DNA of 64,000 nucleotides from a virus: the IMG/VR virus record IMGVR_UViG_3300021963_000081, positions 1-64,000 of that record. One strand, written 5' to 3'. The position numbers were made by a program, and so were the translations under genes. Position 1 is the stretch's first letter. The number at the start of each line of letters is the position of its first letter. Shown here piece by piece: positions 38,211 to 48,164 of this stretch. Under the pieces are notes generated by a model that worked only from the letters and a program-made list of their open reading frames with translations, had not been told where the DNA came from and did not search any database.

Positions 38211-40226
38211 ATGAAAGCATCTATATCTCCATTTTTCGGTAAATTTATTGCTGAGGACGTGAAAGATCACTTTTCAGTAGACTCAAATGCATATATCGGA
38301 ATCGGTCGTTCTTTAGACTTTGGTTCTTCAGTCACGGATGTCGATGAAGTTGTATTTTCAACAGTTGATGAGAACTCAATCTACAGAAACTTAATCGGGT
38401 TAAAAAAGATTCAGCCAAGCGATATGCAGCTCGTCGTTGCTCGCGTAGACTGGACTTCTGGCATCTCATATGATCAATATGAAGACCATATCAATATCTT
38501 CACATACACTGATGTTAATGCTATTGGAACTGCAAACGCTAACGCTAATACAACTCTCGCAGGAACGGCTAACATCGCAGCCTCAAATGTCGCTATTGGA
38601 AATGGAACATCATTCACGAATTATATCTTTCCTGGAGATCAAATCGCTGTAAACTTGGCAGTTAAGACGGTCGTTTCGGTAACAAATAATACACATTTGA
38701 TTGTCAATAGTGCATATGCAAATACTAATACAGGCGGATCAGTCGTATTAGTTCGAAATAATAAGACTGTTGTTGCTAATTCCGCTGACTTTAGTGCGCG
38801 CACCGTTGGCGATGTTATTAGGATTAATACAGATGACAGAGAAATCGTAGCCATTCGAAGCAGCAAAGTCATTTCTCTCAACTCTGGGCTTACTTACTCC
38901 AATTCCAATATTAGTGTCTCAACAGTTTCAAACACATATCCTCTTTACGCAAATAATTTCTATGTAAGAAATAGTCGCGATCAAGTGTTTAAGTGTCTTT
39001 ATGATAACAACGATGCTGTTTCTACTATAGAACCAACCATCGACATTGATGGTCAGCTGCCAGAAAGTCCATTTATTCAAACTGGCGACGGTTATAAGTG
39101 GAAATACATGTACACTATTCCAGCAGGTTTAAAGCAAAAATTCTTTAATACTAAATGGATGCCTGTTCTTACAGATCAAGCTGTTGTGGCTGGAACTACG
39201 CAGGGCGCGATTGATATTATTGAAGTGCTTTGGGGTGGTTCAGGTCATATCGACGGCGGCAATTCTAACACTGCTCGTATCCTCGAGATTACTGGAGCAG
39301 ACGGCGCGAATGCAAATCTTGTCGCGACCGTTTCTGGTGGTGTTATCGCTGGAGTAACGATTCTCAACGGTGGCAACAATTATACTCTTGGAACTGTTAC
39401 TGTTACAGATACGGATAAACTAGGTGCTGTGACTCTTCCTGGAACGGTGAACGTCACGGGAACTACGGTGTATGCAAATACCGCAAACAATCCATATTTT
39501 GTGGGTAATGTCTTTGTAAACGATATCGTCACAATTAATGGCGAGAGCAGAAATGTGGTTACTGTATCTACCACTCAACTCTCCCTAAATGCGGCTGTTA
39601 ATACACCTACGAACACACAAATCGCAACGATCGTACGATCAAATGCTGCTTTTAATATTCAGTTCTCTCCATCCTCTGGTGGGCATGGATCTAATCCTCC
39701 AGAAGAACTCGGCGCTCACACTGTTATGATCTCAACAGAGTTGGTTCAAACTGAGAACGAGACGATTCCTGTAAGCCAGGTTGCTCAATTATTTGACTTC
39801 AATCAGGTCTCGATTATTCAAGATCCACTGTATCAATATGCTAATAATACAACTTATTATGCAAATGGTAACAATCTTCGCGCGACGACAAGACTATTCG
39901 TTTCTGACCCTGGAACATCTAATTTCGTCCAAGACGAAACTGTATTTGTTGGTTCTACGGTAGACGATGCAAATACAACAGGGGTTGCGAACGTCGCTCA
40001 CTGGGATCCGAACGATAACTATCTGTATATAAATAATATCACTGGTGTATTTAATGTGCAGGATCCAGTTAAGGGGTTATCTTCAGGGGTAACAGTTCCT
40101 ATTTTAGAGATCGCAAATTCTGAGATTAAGCCATTTAGTGGAACAATGTTGTATACAGAAAACCGTAAAAACGTTGTTCGATTAGACAATCAAATAGATC
40201 AGATTAAGATCGTTCTATCATTCTAG
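38211..40226 (+). CDS. gp8: Baseplate wedge subunit
   Basis: ARVDWTSG, FYVRNSRDQVFKCLYDN, DGYKWKYMYTI, GHGSNPPEELG, IKIVLSF. Confidence 0.88.
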   Translation: MKASISPFFGKFIAEDVKDHFSVDSNAYIGIGRSLDFGSSVTDVDEVVFSTVDENSIYRNLIGLKKIQPSDMQLVVARVDWTSGISYDQYEDHINIFTYTDVNAIGTANANANTTLAGTANIAASNVAIGNGTSFTNYIFPGDQIAVNLAVKTVVSVTNNTHLIVNSAYANTNTGGSVVLVRNNKTVVANSADFSARTVGDVIRINTDDREIVAIRSSKVISLNSGLTYSNSNISVSTVSNTYPLYANNFYVRNSRDQVFKCLYDNNDAVSTIEPTIDIDGQLPESPFIQTGDGYKWKYMYTIPAGLKQKFFNTKWMPVLTDQAVVAGTTQGAIDIIEVLWGGSGHIDGGNSNTARILEITGADGANANLVATVSGGVIAGVTILNGGNNYTLGTVTVTDTDKLGAVTLPGTVNVTGTTVYANTANNPYFVGNVFVNDIVTINGESRNVVTVSTTQLSLNAAVNTPTNTQIATIVRSNAAFNIQFSPSSGGHGSNPPEELGAHTVMISTELVQTENETIPVSQVAQLFDFNQVSIIQDPLYQYANNTTYYANGNNLRATTRLFVSDPGTSNFVQDETVFVGSTVDDANTTGVANVAHWDPNDNYLYINNITGVFNVQDPVKGLSSGVTVPILEIANSEIKPFSGTMLYTENRKNVVRLDNQIDQIKIVLSF

Positions 40227-40236
40227 GTAAAAAGAC

Positions 40237-43200
40237 ATGGAATTTAATATTGATCCATATTATGATGATTTTGAGGATAATGCGAAAAATAATAATTACA
40301 TGCGCATTCTCTTCAAGCCAGGAAAAGCAGTCCAGGCTCGTGAATTAACTCAAATTCAATCTATTCTGCAGAATCAGATTAAGCAATTTGGCGACCATGT
40401 TTTCCAGGATGGCTCCCCAGTTATCGGTGGCAATCTAACTCTCGACAATAAAGTTCGTCACGTTAAACTTCTTGAATCTTACAATAACGTTGATATTGAA
40501 ATCGATGATTTTGATCGCAAGGTTGTTCGCAATACATCAGGTTCTGTGCAAGCAAAAGTTCTAGCAACTTACTTCCCAACGGATGGTGTCCCTACTCTTA
40601 TCGTAAAATACCTCACTGGACTTGAGTTCCAAGATGGCGACGTAATTAAAATTGCTGGAACTACAACTCAAGCCCAATTAATTGCATCCAATGCCAGTGG
40701 ACAAGCAACTGTTGTTTCTATCAACGATGGTGTTTTCTATGTTGATGGATTCTTCGTTCAGGTTTCTGATCAGACTGTTGTTGCTCAGGCTTATGGCGTA
40801 AATGCAAACGTAAAGGTTGGTCTTGAAATTACTGATACAATCGTAGACAGTGAAATTGACACCACACTTCTAGATCCAGCACAAGGATCGTTCAACTATC
40901 AAGCTCCAGGTGGTGATCGTTATCAATTCAATTTAACGCTCTCAACTCGCCCTCTTGATTCTATCGTCGACGAAGCGCAGTTCTTTGAACTAATGCGTCT
41001 TGAAAATGGAATCATTACAAAACAAGTCAAGTACCCAGTTTACGCTGAACTCGAAAAAACTCTTGCTCGCCGCACGTTCGATGAATCTGGCGATTATACA
41101 GTTCGCCCATTCCGCGCAACAGTTCTAGATGGAACTGATGCAAATAACTATACTCTTGCCATTGAGCCAGGTAAGGCATACGTCAAAGGCTTTGAATTTG
41201 AAACGCTCGGCACAATCAAAATCGATGTTGAAAAGCCAAGAAGCGCAGCAGACGTAAAACAATTATCAGATATTGATGTTGATACATCATCAGGAAATTA
41301 CTTGTATGTAACGTCTGTGGTATCACCTGGACAGGGCAATGCGTTTATCAACATTGCATCACTGGAAAAGTTGGATATTCACTGCGGACTATCATCACAA
41401 ATCAATGTTGGTTTGGGTAGTTCTGCCGCAAATGGTTTCATTTACCAGAATACTAAGATTGGTACAGCAAGAGTTCGTGACTTTATTCGTGATGATAATA
41501 GCACTGAATCTATTGTTGATGGAAATGGTGTTTATCGAATTTATCTAACTGATGTGAACATTACTCCAAAAGTTCTGAAGGCTTCTGGAACTCACACATC
41601 AACAACTCTAAACGTGGCTTCTGGGCAATTCTTACCGCGCACGAATGGATTATACACAAACGTCTCAATAACTATTCTTCCAATTAGATTAGATGCTGTT
41701 GAGAATGTTTATGCAACCGCTCTTGGAAATACTTTTACAGTCAACGCTAACAACAACGGCACATTTGCTGGTAAGGTAAGTGTTGGTGATATTGTCCGAG
41801 TTGGTAACTTTGCTAAAGAAGTTACCGCTGTAGCCACAGGTAATTTGACAGTTAACTCAGCGTTCGCATATACTATGGCGAATTCCTCATCAAATCCTGT
41901 CGTTGTTTATAAGCAGACAAATTATTCTCAAAATGTTAGCGAACAAACACGCACTATCGCAAATTCTTGGTGGCAAGCAAACTATGCAACACTTCAAGTA
42001 GATCGTGCATTTGATAATGATGGCGTTCCAGATAGCAACACAGTCTTTCAATTAAACTTTGGCGTTGATGACGCAAAATGTTTAGTTTCTGGTGTTGCAG
42101 TAGCAAACTCATTGCTTGCGAACGTAAACGTAGCAATGAATATTGCTCTCGATTCTAAGTTGATCACTGGCGACACTTATCTATCAGACCCTCAAGATAA
42201 AATCTTCATCTATCAGCTTCCTGGTTCATTCGTAAGAAGAACCTCAATCAATAATGCTGATTATGAATATGATAAGATGGTGATGAATAAGACGGTTTCT
42301 GGTACTCCAGGCGTCTTCGTGATTGGATCTGGTACTCTTGCGGCTGCAGAGTCTATTCCATGGTCTGGCACAACGAGCTCAATTAGAGATAATCTAGTTG
42401 TTTATGTTCGAGACAAGGGTGCTTCCTCAACACCAAACGGATCATTGCTCAATCTAACCTCAGCAAACGTAACAGTCACATCAAATCAGATTACGATCGA
42501 TACTGGCGACGCTGCGCTTCAGGCAATTGATGCTGTTGTTCGTGTTAAATTGAATGATACAGAAGATCTAATTCGCACAAAAACTTATTATGCTGATTCA
42601 TCATTCAGTGCTGATCCGTTTACATATCCAACATCAAATGCGACAGCAAATGTTGAGGTGTCGTTAACTAACCTCGGACATGTTGCATCACTTAATCTTG
42701 CAAACGGTTTGATTTGGCTCTCAAATCCATCGTTCAATGCTGTACGTCCTGGAGATTCAATTTCTCTATTCCTCCCAGACGTTGTGAAGGTTAACAAAGT
42801 TCTAATGGGTAATACAACACATTATCCTGATTCGAATAATGTTGAAGATATTACAGAAAGATTCGTATTTGACTATGGTCAGCGCGACGACAAATATGAT
42901 CACGCAAGAATTATTCTAAAACAGGGTTATGGTTCTCCTTCTGGAAAACTGCTCGTCCACGTTGACTTCTATCATCATATTTTCTCAACTGTTAATAAAC
43001 TATCCTTCTTTGGTCCATCATCATACAGTCAAGATCAATATGATGACAACTTAATTCCTGTTTATGCTGCACAAATAAACGGCAGAATATACAATCTCCG
43101 TGATTGTCTAGACTTCCGTCCATCAAGACCAATTGGAGATGTGTCTGACAGTTTCAATGTCCCAAATATTCCAAATCCAGACTCAACAACTGAATTGTCA

Positions 43201-44748
43201 TTTGACTATTACATGGCAAGAATTGATAAACTCGTATTGTCGAAGGATAAAGAATTCAGAATTATTAAAGGTAAGTCAGGTGTAGTCCCATCAGTCCCAC
43301 GAGACGATGATGATGCAATGACTCTATACACATTGCGCTTACCGCCATATGTTAATGACGTTCAAGCCATTCGTATGGAGTATAATGAAAACCGTCGCTT
43401 TACGATGAAAGACATTTCAAGTCTTGATAAGCGTGTTGAAAAACTTGAGTTTTTTGTTTCGTTAAACAACGTCGAAAAACTCGCAATGTCTGATAAAACA
43501 AGTTACGAAGATAATACTGAAAAAGAAAAGTATGGCATTGTTGGTGAGAATTTTCAAAACTTCTCGATTGCAGACTTTAAAGATCCAGCATTTAGTTGTG
43601 CATTAGATCAAGGATTCTTAACACCAAGAGCAGAAACAAAAGCATTGTCATTTGCAAATAAATTTTTATCAAATGCAAAACTTAATAAAAAGACAATCTC
43701 GCTAAACTTCACAGAAACACCTGCGATATCCCAAAACCTTGCTTCTGATAAGGCAGTGTCTGTACAGCCATTCCTATTCGGTCAATTCAATGGTATTGTT
43801 GAGATGTATCCAGAAACTGATTTCTGGGTTGAGAATAAACTCAAGCCAGAAGTAATCACAGTTCCTGAACGTATTATTGTTGAGCATACAACAGTCTATA
43901 AAGAAACAGTTATTGAAAGACAGCCTCAAATCACGATTGAACAAATTTTCCCAACGAGAAATGTTGAGACAATTATTATCCGTGAGCCAGCTGTTCTTCC
44001 AATCCCATCTACACCTGACGTAGTTGTTGTGGATAATCCTCAACCACCAATTATTGTTCAACCAGATGTGCCAGTTGAACCACCTCCACCTCCTGCACCA
44101 CCAGAGCCACCGCCTCTACCGTGGGAACCACCTCCTCCACCGCCAGAGCCACCAACTCCGATTGATTTGGGATCTCCAGAAGTGCCGATATGGATTCCAT
44201 ATACCCCACCTCCAACACCACCTGATCCTGAACCAGTTGTTGTTACGCAGCCAATGAGAACTGGTGGCGGTGGTGGTTGCGTTGTACTAGAAAGTTATGT
44301 TCCATTAATTGAGCAAAAACTTTACAACGGTAAACCTGTTACGCAAGCATACATGCTCATGGATGGTATGGATATTCTTCTTGCCAATGAACAGTCACTT
44401 GATACAGTAGTTGGTAAAGTCATTCATAGTGGTATTGAGTTACAACCATGCGTGCGACTCACGACTGAATGTGGAGCTTCACTAGTATGTTCAACAACCG
44501 CTCCGATCCCAACGTTAAATAATGGTGTAATGAAGGCACCAAACGTTATTGGACAGATGATTGGTGTATACAAAAATAATGAGTCGTCTTGGAGTAAAGT
44601 TGTGAGCATTGAAGATATGGGCGAAAAATTTGTTCGCGGTATAGATACTGGCGACAATAGTTTCTGGGCGGGAGAAACAGAAGGCGCATATATTCTTCAC
44701 CACAATATGCGTATGGATAGAGACACTTACGACTATGAGAAGCATTGA
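40237..44748 (+). CDS. VrlC-like virion structural protein (N-terminal part) with Pro-rich linker and C-terminal Hint domain
   Basis: FNIDPYYDDF, ILFKPGKAVQARELTQIQSILQ, LARRTFDESGDY, DCLDFRP, RRFTMKDI. Confidence 0.82.
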   Translation: MEFNIDPYYDDFEDNAKNNNYMRILFKPGKAVQARELTQIQSILQNQIKQFGDHVFQDGSPVIGGNLTLDNKVRHVKLLESYNNVDIEIDDFDRKVVRNTSGSVQAKVLATYFPTDGVPTLIVKYLTGLEFQDGDVIKIAGTTTQAQLIASNASGQATVVSINDGVFYVDGFFVQVSDQTVVAQAYGVNANVKVGLEITDTIVDSEIDTTLLDPAQGSFNYQAPGGDRYQFNLTLSTRPLDSIVDEAQFFELMRLENGIITKQVKYPVYAELEKTLARRTFDESGDYTVRPFRATVLDGTDANNYTLAIEPGKAYVKGFEFETLGTIKIDVEKPRSAADVKQLSDIDVDTSSGNYLYVTSVVSPGQGNAFINIASLEKLDIHCGLSSQINVGLGSSAANGFIYQNTKIGTARVRDFIRDDNSTESIVDGNGVYRIYLTDVNITPKVLKASGTHTSTTLNVASGQFLPRTNGLYTNVSITILPIRLDAVENVYATALGNTFTVNANNNGTFAGKVSVGDIVRVGNFAKEVTAVATGNLTVNSAFAYTMANSSSNPVVVYKQTNYSQNVSEQTRTIANSWWQANYATLQVDRAFDNDGVPDSNTVFQLNFGVDDAKCLVSGVAVANSLLANVNVAMNIALDSKLITGDTYLSDPQDKIFIYQLPGSFVRRTSINNADYEYDKMVMNKTVSGTPGVFVIGSGTLAAAESIPWSGTTSSIRDNLVVYVRDKGASSTPNGSLLNLTSANVTVTSNQITIDTGDAALQAIDAVVRVKLNDTEDLIRTKTYYADSSFSADPFTYPTSNATANVEVSLTNLGHVASLNLANGLIWLSNPSFNAVRPGDSISLFLPDVVKVNKVLMGNTTHYPDSNNVEDITERFVFDYGQRDDKYDHARIILKQGYGSPSGKLLVHVDFYHHIFSTVNKLSFFGPSSYSQDQYDDNLIPVYAAQINGRIYNLRDCLDFRPSRPIGDVSDSFNVPNIPNPDSTTELSFDYYMARIDKLVLSKDKEFRIIKGKSGVVPSVPRDDDDAMTLYTLRLPPYVNDVQAIRMEYNENRRFTMKDISSLDKRVEKLEFFVSLNNVEKLAMSDKTSYEDNTEKEKYGIVGENFQNFSIADFKDPAFSCALDQGFLTPRAETKALSFANKFLSNAKLNKKTISLNFTETPAISQNLASDKAVSVQPFLFGQFNGIVEMYPETDFWVENKLKPEVITVPERIIVEHTTVYKETVIERQPQITIEQIFPTRNVETIIIREPAVLPIPSTPDVVVVDNPQPPIIVQPDVPVEPPPPPAPPEPPPLPWEPPPPPPEPPTPIDLGSPEVPIWIPYTPPPTPPDPEPVVVTQPMRTGGGGGCVVLESYVPLIEQKLYNGKPVTQAYMLMDGMDILLANEQSLDTVVGKVIHSGIELQPCVRLTTECGASLVCSTTAPIPTLNNGVMKAPNVIGQMIGVYKNNESSWSKVVSIEDMGEKFVRGIDTGDNSFWAGETEGAYILHHNMRMDRDTYDYEKH
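44278..44706 (+). other. Hint (intein-like / BIL-type) domain
   Basis: GGGGG|CVVLESYV start, block-B-like LVCSTTAP, ends VRGIDTGDNSFWAG...ILHHN; about 143 aa; next residue is Met. Confidence 0.75.
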
Positions 44749-44764
44749 TTTCTAGGAAAAAAAC

Positions 44765-47700
44765 ATGGCAATTAAAACAGAATACGGAACAGTAGTTGTT
44801 GACACAAATCTAGTTCCTTATATGAGACCTATAGATATCGAGTTTACTGCTCGAAATCTCAAGCCATATAAAATCGGTAGTGTCTTTTTCGACGACATCG
44901 CCGTTAATCGCTTTTGTCAAGTTGGCAATAAAGTAGAAATTGATGCAAAGAAAGTTATTGCAATTACTTCAAATACGGCAACAGCACCAACCTCTGGTCA
45001 ATTAGTATACCAAGGATCGTCAAACGAAGCCGCATCATTTACCGCAACTGTTGATGCATATTATTCTGGTAACACAACGGTAATCCTTCGTTCGTTATCT
45101 GGAAATTTTGATGATACAGCTTCGTTGTTTATTGAAAATGGTTCTGGTGCAACTTATGCAAATGCAAGAATTGTCACTGTAAACGATTTCAATACATCAG
45201 ATTCTTTCTATGCTGGAGAAGGTGTTATTTCTCCACAATCAAATACGTTTGCGACAGTTATCGCAACGACTGGTGATGATGTTGTTTATCTAAATCAAAA
45301 TTATCATAATATTAATGTTGTTGCAACCAGCGGTTCTACGCTTGCCGATTATACTAGTAAGTTTAAGGTTGGTGATCTTGTATTCCAAACTGCAGATGGT
45401 CAAAACAGATATGACCTTGCAGCATTCCGCGGACATGTTGAATACATTAACACGACTGGTGGAGCAATTGCAATTCGTCCAATCGACGGAACATTAGTTG
45501 CTAATGCCACAAGCACTTCGACGAATGCAAACGCCAGACTCTGGTGTGTTACCGATACATCTTCGCCTAAACCACTCCACCTAAACTCATTTAATCTTTC
45601 TGGTTTTCCAGTAGATTCTTATCTTAAGAGCGTCGCAAACTCTGCAAACATTAAGATTATGGCATACACACATACATCAGGTGTGCTTGCAAATACATTA
45701 AATTCTGGATTGACACAAGTATTGCTTCCAACCAGTGCAAACACCTCAGGTGCTGCTGGCAATTTGATTTACTTTACTTCTGGAACATCAGCTGGATCTT
45801 TAAAACTAATTACAGCTGTAAGTGGAAGAACTGTAACTCTTGATTCAGCACTTGACCTAGATTACTCTTCAAATACAACATATTCTATTGGTAATTTTAT
45901 TGTTGATGATACTGGTTGCCTTGCTGGTGTGTTCAGCGTTCCAGCATATCCTGGATTTAAGTTTAAAACTGGTAATCGTGTATTAACAATCACTGACACT
46001 TCAACTGTAAGCGATCCAGATTACGCAATGCGCGCAGCTGGTTCATTTGTTGCAAGTGGCATATTAAAGACAACTCAAAGAATTCAAACAACACCAACAC
46101 TTCCACCTCTCCCTGAAGTGGATTCTGATGCGCTTGTTCGTCCAATTTCTCCAGCTGATAGATCGTATAATGCGGATGCAGTTAAAAATCCATCAACATC
46201 TTCTACTGGCTCAACGACACCAAGAATCAGCCTCGGAGATGGTTTGTCTCAAACATTCTTTACACCACGTCCAAAATCAAGCGCAAACAAGCAAGATTAT
46301 GGTATGTTCGTAAGTTCTGTTGATCTATTCTTTAAGAGTAAGCCATCAACATCTCTTGGTGCGATGCAGCTTCCAATCACATTGAAGATTGCAGAAGTTC
46401 AAAATGGTTATCCAACAAAGAACTATCTTGCTGCTAAGACAATTCAATGTAAGGATGTTAAGATTTCTACAGTTCCAAGCACGTCAAATACTTCAACTGT
46501 CACAAAGTTTACATTTGATGATCCAGTATTCTTAGAACCAGCTCGCGAATATGCGCTTGTTCTCGGATCTGACTCTCCAGATTATGAAGTATTCGTTGCA
46601 GAACTAGGTGCAGATGTTCTTGGTGCTACACCAACTCGTCGTATTTCCGAGCAGCCATACGCTGGTTCATTCTTCCGCTCACAAAACTCATCAACCTGGA
46701 CACCATATCAGAATCAAGATTTGATGTTTGTGATTAATAAAGCAGTGTTTTTTAATTCTGGAGACGGCACTGCAAGATTTACACTCGATGAAGCACCAGA
46801 AGCAAATAACTTTGTTGATAAAGTTATCTTGATGGCTTCTGATCTTGACTTCCCAGTGACTGACCTTTCTTACAGCCTTCGTGGTGTTTACGCAAACGGA
46901 TCTGGTCAAACTCAAGAAAGTGTCAGCGGTGTTGAATTGACTAAATTCTCGCCAGTTGAATATGGAACTATTCTTGATAAGTCAAATAAAACATCTATCA
47001 ATCGTCGTAAATTGCTCAAAGGCAACGCAAACAGCTTTATTTTAACAGTAACTATGTCAACAGGCGATGCTGATATTTCTCCAGTAGTAAATATCGAAAG
47101 ACTTGGTCTTACTGCATCTCGCTTCTTGATTAATAATGCTGGCATTCCAAATACTCAAATTTCTCTTTTGAGTTATGGTAGTGGATATAACGCAACGATC
47201 ACTTCTGCTAATGTTTCAAATGCTCAAGAAAATGTATTTGGAACTTCAGTTTCGACGTTAGTCGCAAATGCTGCGCTATATCGCCAATATATCTTTGCTA
47301 ATAACGCAAATATTGGTTTCTATGCAATCAATATTGCTGGTGGCGGTGGCTCTGGTGCAACTGGTTTCGCTGTTGCAAATACTGACGGTCAAAATACTGT
47401 CAACTACGTTGTTATTACCGATCCAGGCAGCGGATATCTAACCACTCCAACGATTCGAATCGTTTCTGGTAATGCAACACCAAATTCGAATGCAACAGCA
47501 GTAGTCGCTGGAGAAACAGGCAAATCTGGTGGTAATATCCAGGCGAAGTATGTAACTCGAGAAATTGTTCTAGAAGATGGCTTCGAGTCTGGTGATATTC
47601 GTGTGTTTATGGACGCGATCCGCCCAACTGGAACAGATGTCAATGTTTACTATAAAGTTAAATCAGTAGACGATAATGATCGCTTTAGCGATAAAAGCTG

Positions 47701-47935
47701 GCAGTTAATGTTCAAATATAAGGACATTTACTCTAAGAGTCCTAGATCTCTTATTGGTTTAGAGTTTAGACCAGACTTATTAGAAAACAGACTTTCATAT
47801 GTTGAAAATGGAGTTACTTACCCTATTGGCGGTAAATTTAAGTCCTTTGCGATTAAGGTTGTATTGACCTCTTCTGATCCATCATTAGTACCTAAAGTTA
47901 GAAATCTTCGTATTATTGCGACCCCAGAAGGTTAA
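44765..47935 (+). CDS. VrlC-like virion structural protein (C-terminal part)
   Basis: VPYMRPIDIEF.ARNLKP, LSQTFF, VSSVDLFFKSK, TKFTFDDPVFL, GSFFRSQNSSTWTP.Q..DL.F, PKVRNLRIIA. Confidence 0.82.
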   Translation: MAIKTEYGTVVVDTNLVPYMRPIDIEFTARNLKPYKIGSVFFDDIAVNRFCQVGNKVEIDAKKVIAITSNTATAPTSGQLVYQGSSNEAASFTATVDAYYSGNTTVILRSLSGNFDDTASLFIENGSGATYANARIVTVNDFNTSDSFYAGEGVISPQSNTFATVIATTGDDVVYLNQNYHNINVVATSGSTLADYTSKFKVGDLVFQTADGQNRYDLAAFRGHVEYINTTGGAIAIRPIDGTLVANATSTSTNANARLWCVTDTSSPKPLHLNSFNLSGFPVDSYLKSVANSANIKIMAYTHTSGVLANTLNSGLTQVLLPTSANTSGAAGNLIYFTSGTSAGSLKLITAVSGRTVTLDSALDLDYSSNTTYSIGNFIVDDTGCLAGVFSVPAYPGFKFKTGNRVLTITDTSTVSDPDYAMRAAGSFVASGILKTTQRIQTTPTLPPLPEVDSDALVRPISPADRSYNADAVKNPSTSSTGSTTPRISLGDGLSQTFFTPRPKSSANKQDYGMFVSSVDLFFKSKPSTSLGAMQLPITLKIAEVQNGYPTKNYLAAKTIQCKDVKISTVPSTSNTSTVTKFTFDDPVFLEPAREYALVLGSDSPDYEVFVAELGADVLGATPTRRISEQPYAGSFFRSQNSSTWTPYQNQDLMFVINKAVFFNSGDGTARFTLDEAPEANNFVDKVILMASDLDFPVTDLSYSLRGVYANGSGQTQESVSGVELTKFSPVEYGTILDKSNKTSINRRKLLKGNANSFILTVTMSTGDADISPVVNIERLGLTASRFLINNAGIPNTQISLLSYGSGYNATITSANVSNAQENVFGTSVSTLVANAALYRQYIFANNANIGFYAINIAGGGGSGATGFAVANTDGQNTVNYVVITDPGSGYLTTPTIRIVSGNATPNSNATAVVAGETGKSGGNIQAKYVTREIVLEDGFESGDIRVFMDAIRPTGTDVNVYYKVKSVDDNDRFSDKSWQLMFKYKDIYSKSPRSLIGLEFRPDLLENRLSYVENGVTYPIGGKFKSFAIKVVLTSSDPSLVPKVRNLRIIATPEG

Positions 47936-47937
47936 TT

Positions 47938-48162
47938 ATGTCGAAAGCAAGGATTGAAGGAAGCCCTAATTTCATAAAAGACGAAAGAAACATTGCTGTG
48001 TTAAATACGAATAAAGCCGTTATTGCTAAACATGAGCAAAAAATGGCTGAACTTCGTAGAAATAAGCAGGTTGACGACGACATAAATAATCTGAAATCTG
48101 AAGTTTCAGACATAAAAGATATGCTTTCCCAAATTTTAAAAGCCGTTAGTGGCGAGAAGTAG
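47938..48162 (+). CDS. Small coiled-coil protein
   Basis: AVLNTN...INNLKSEVSDIKDMLSQIL, a type usually found after VrlC-like genes. Confidence 0.75.
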   Translation: MSKARIEGSPNFIKDERNIAVLNTNKAVIAKHEQKMAELRRNKQVDDDINNLKSEVSDIKDMLSQILKAVSGEK

Positions 48163-48164
48163 AC

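Noticed and set aside
44278-44706. Canonical splicing intein
   Set aside because: Residue after the terminal Asn is Met, only 13 aa follow, and there is no endonuclease domain; treated as a BIL-type Hint.
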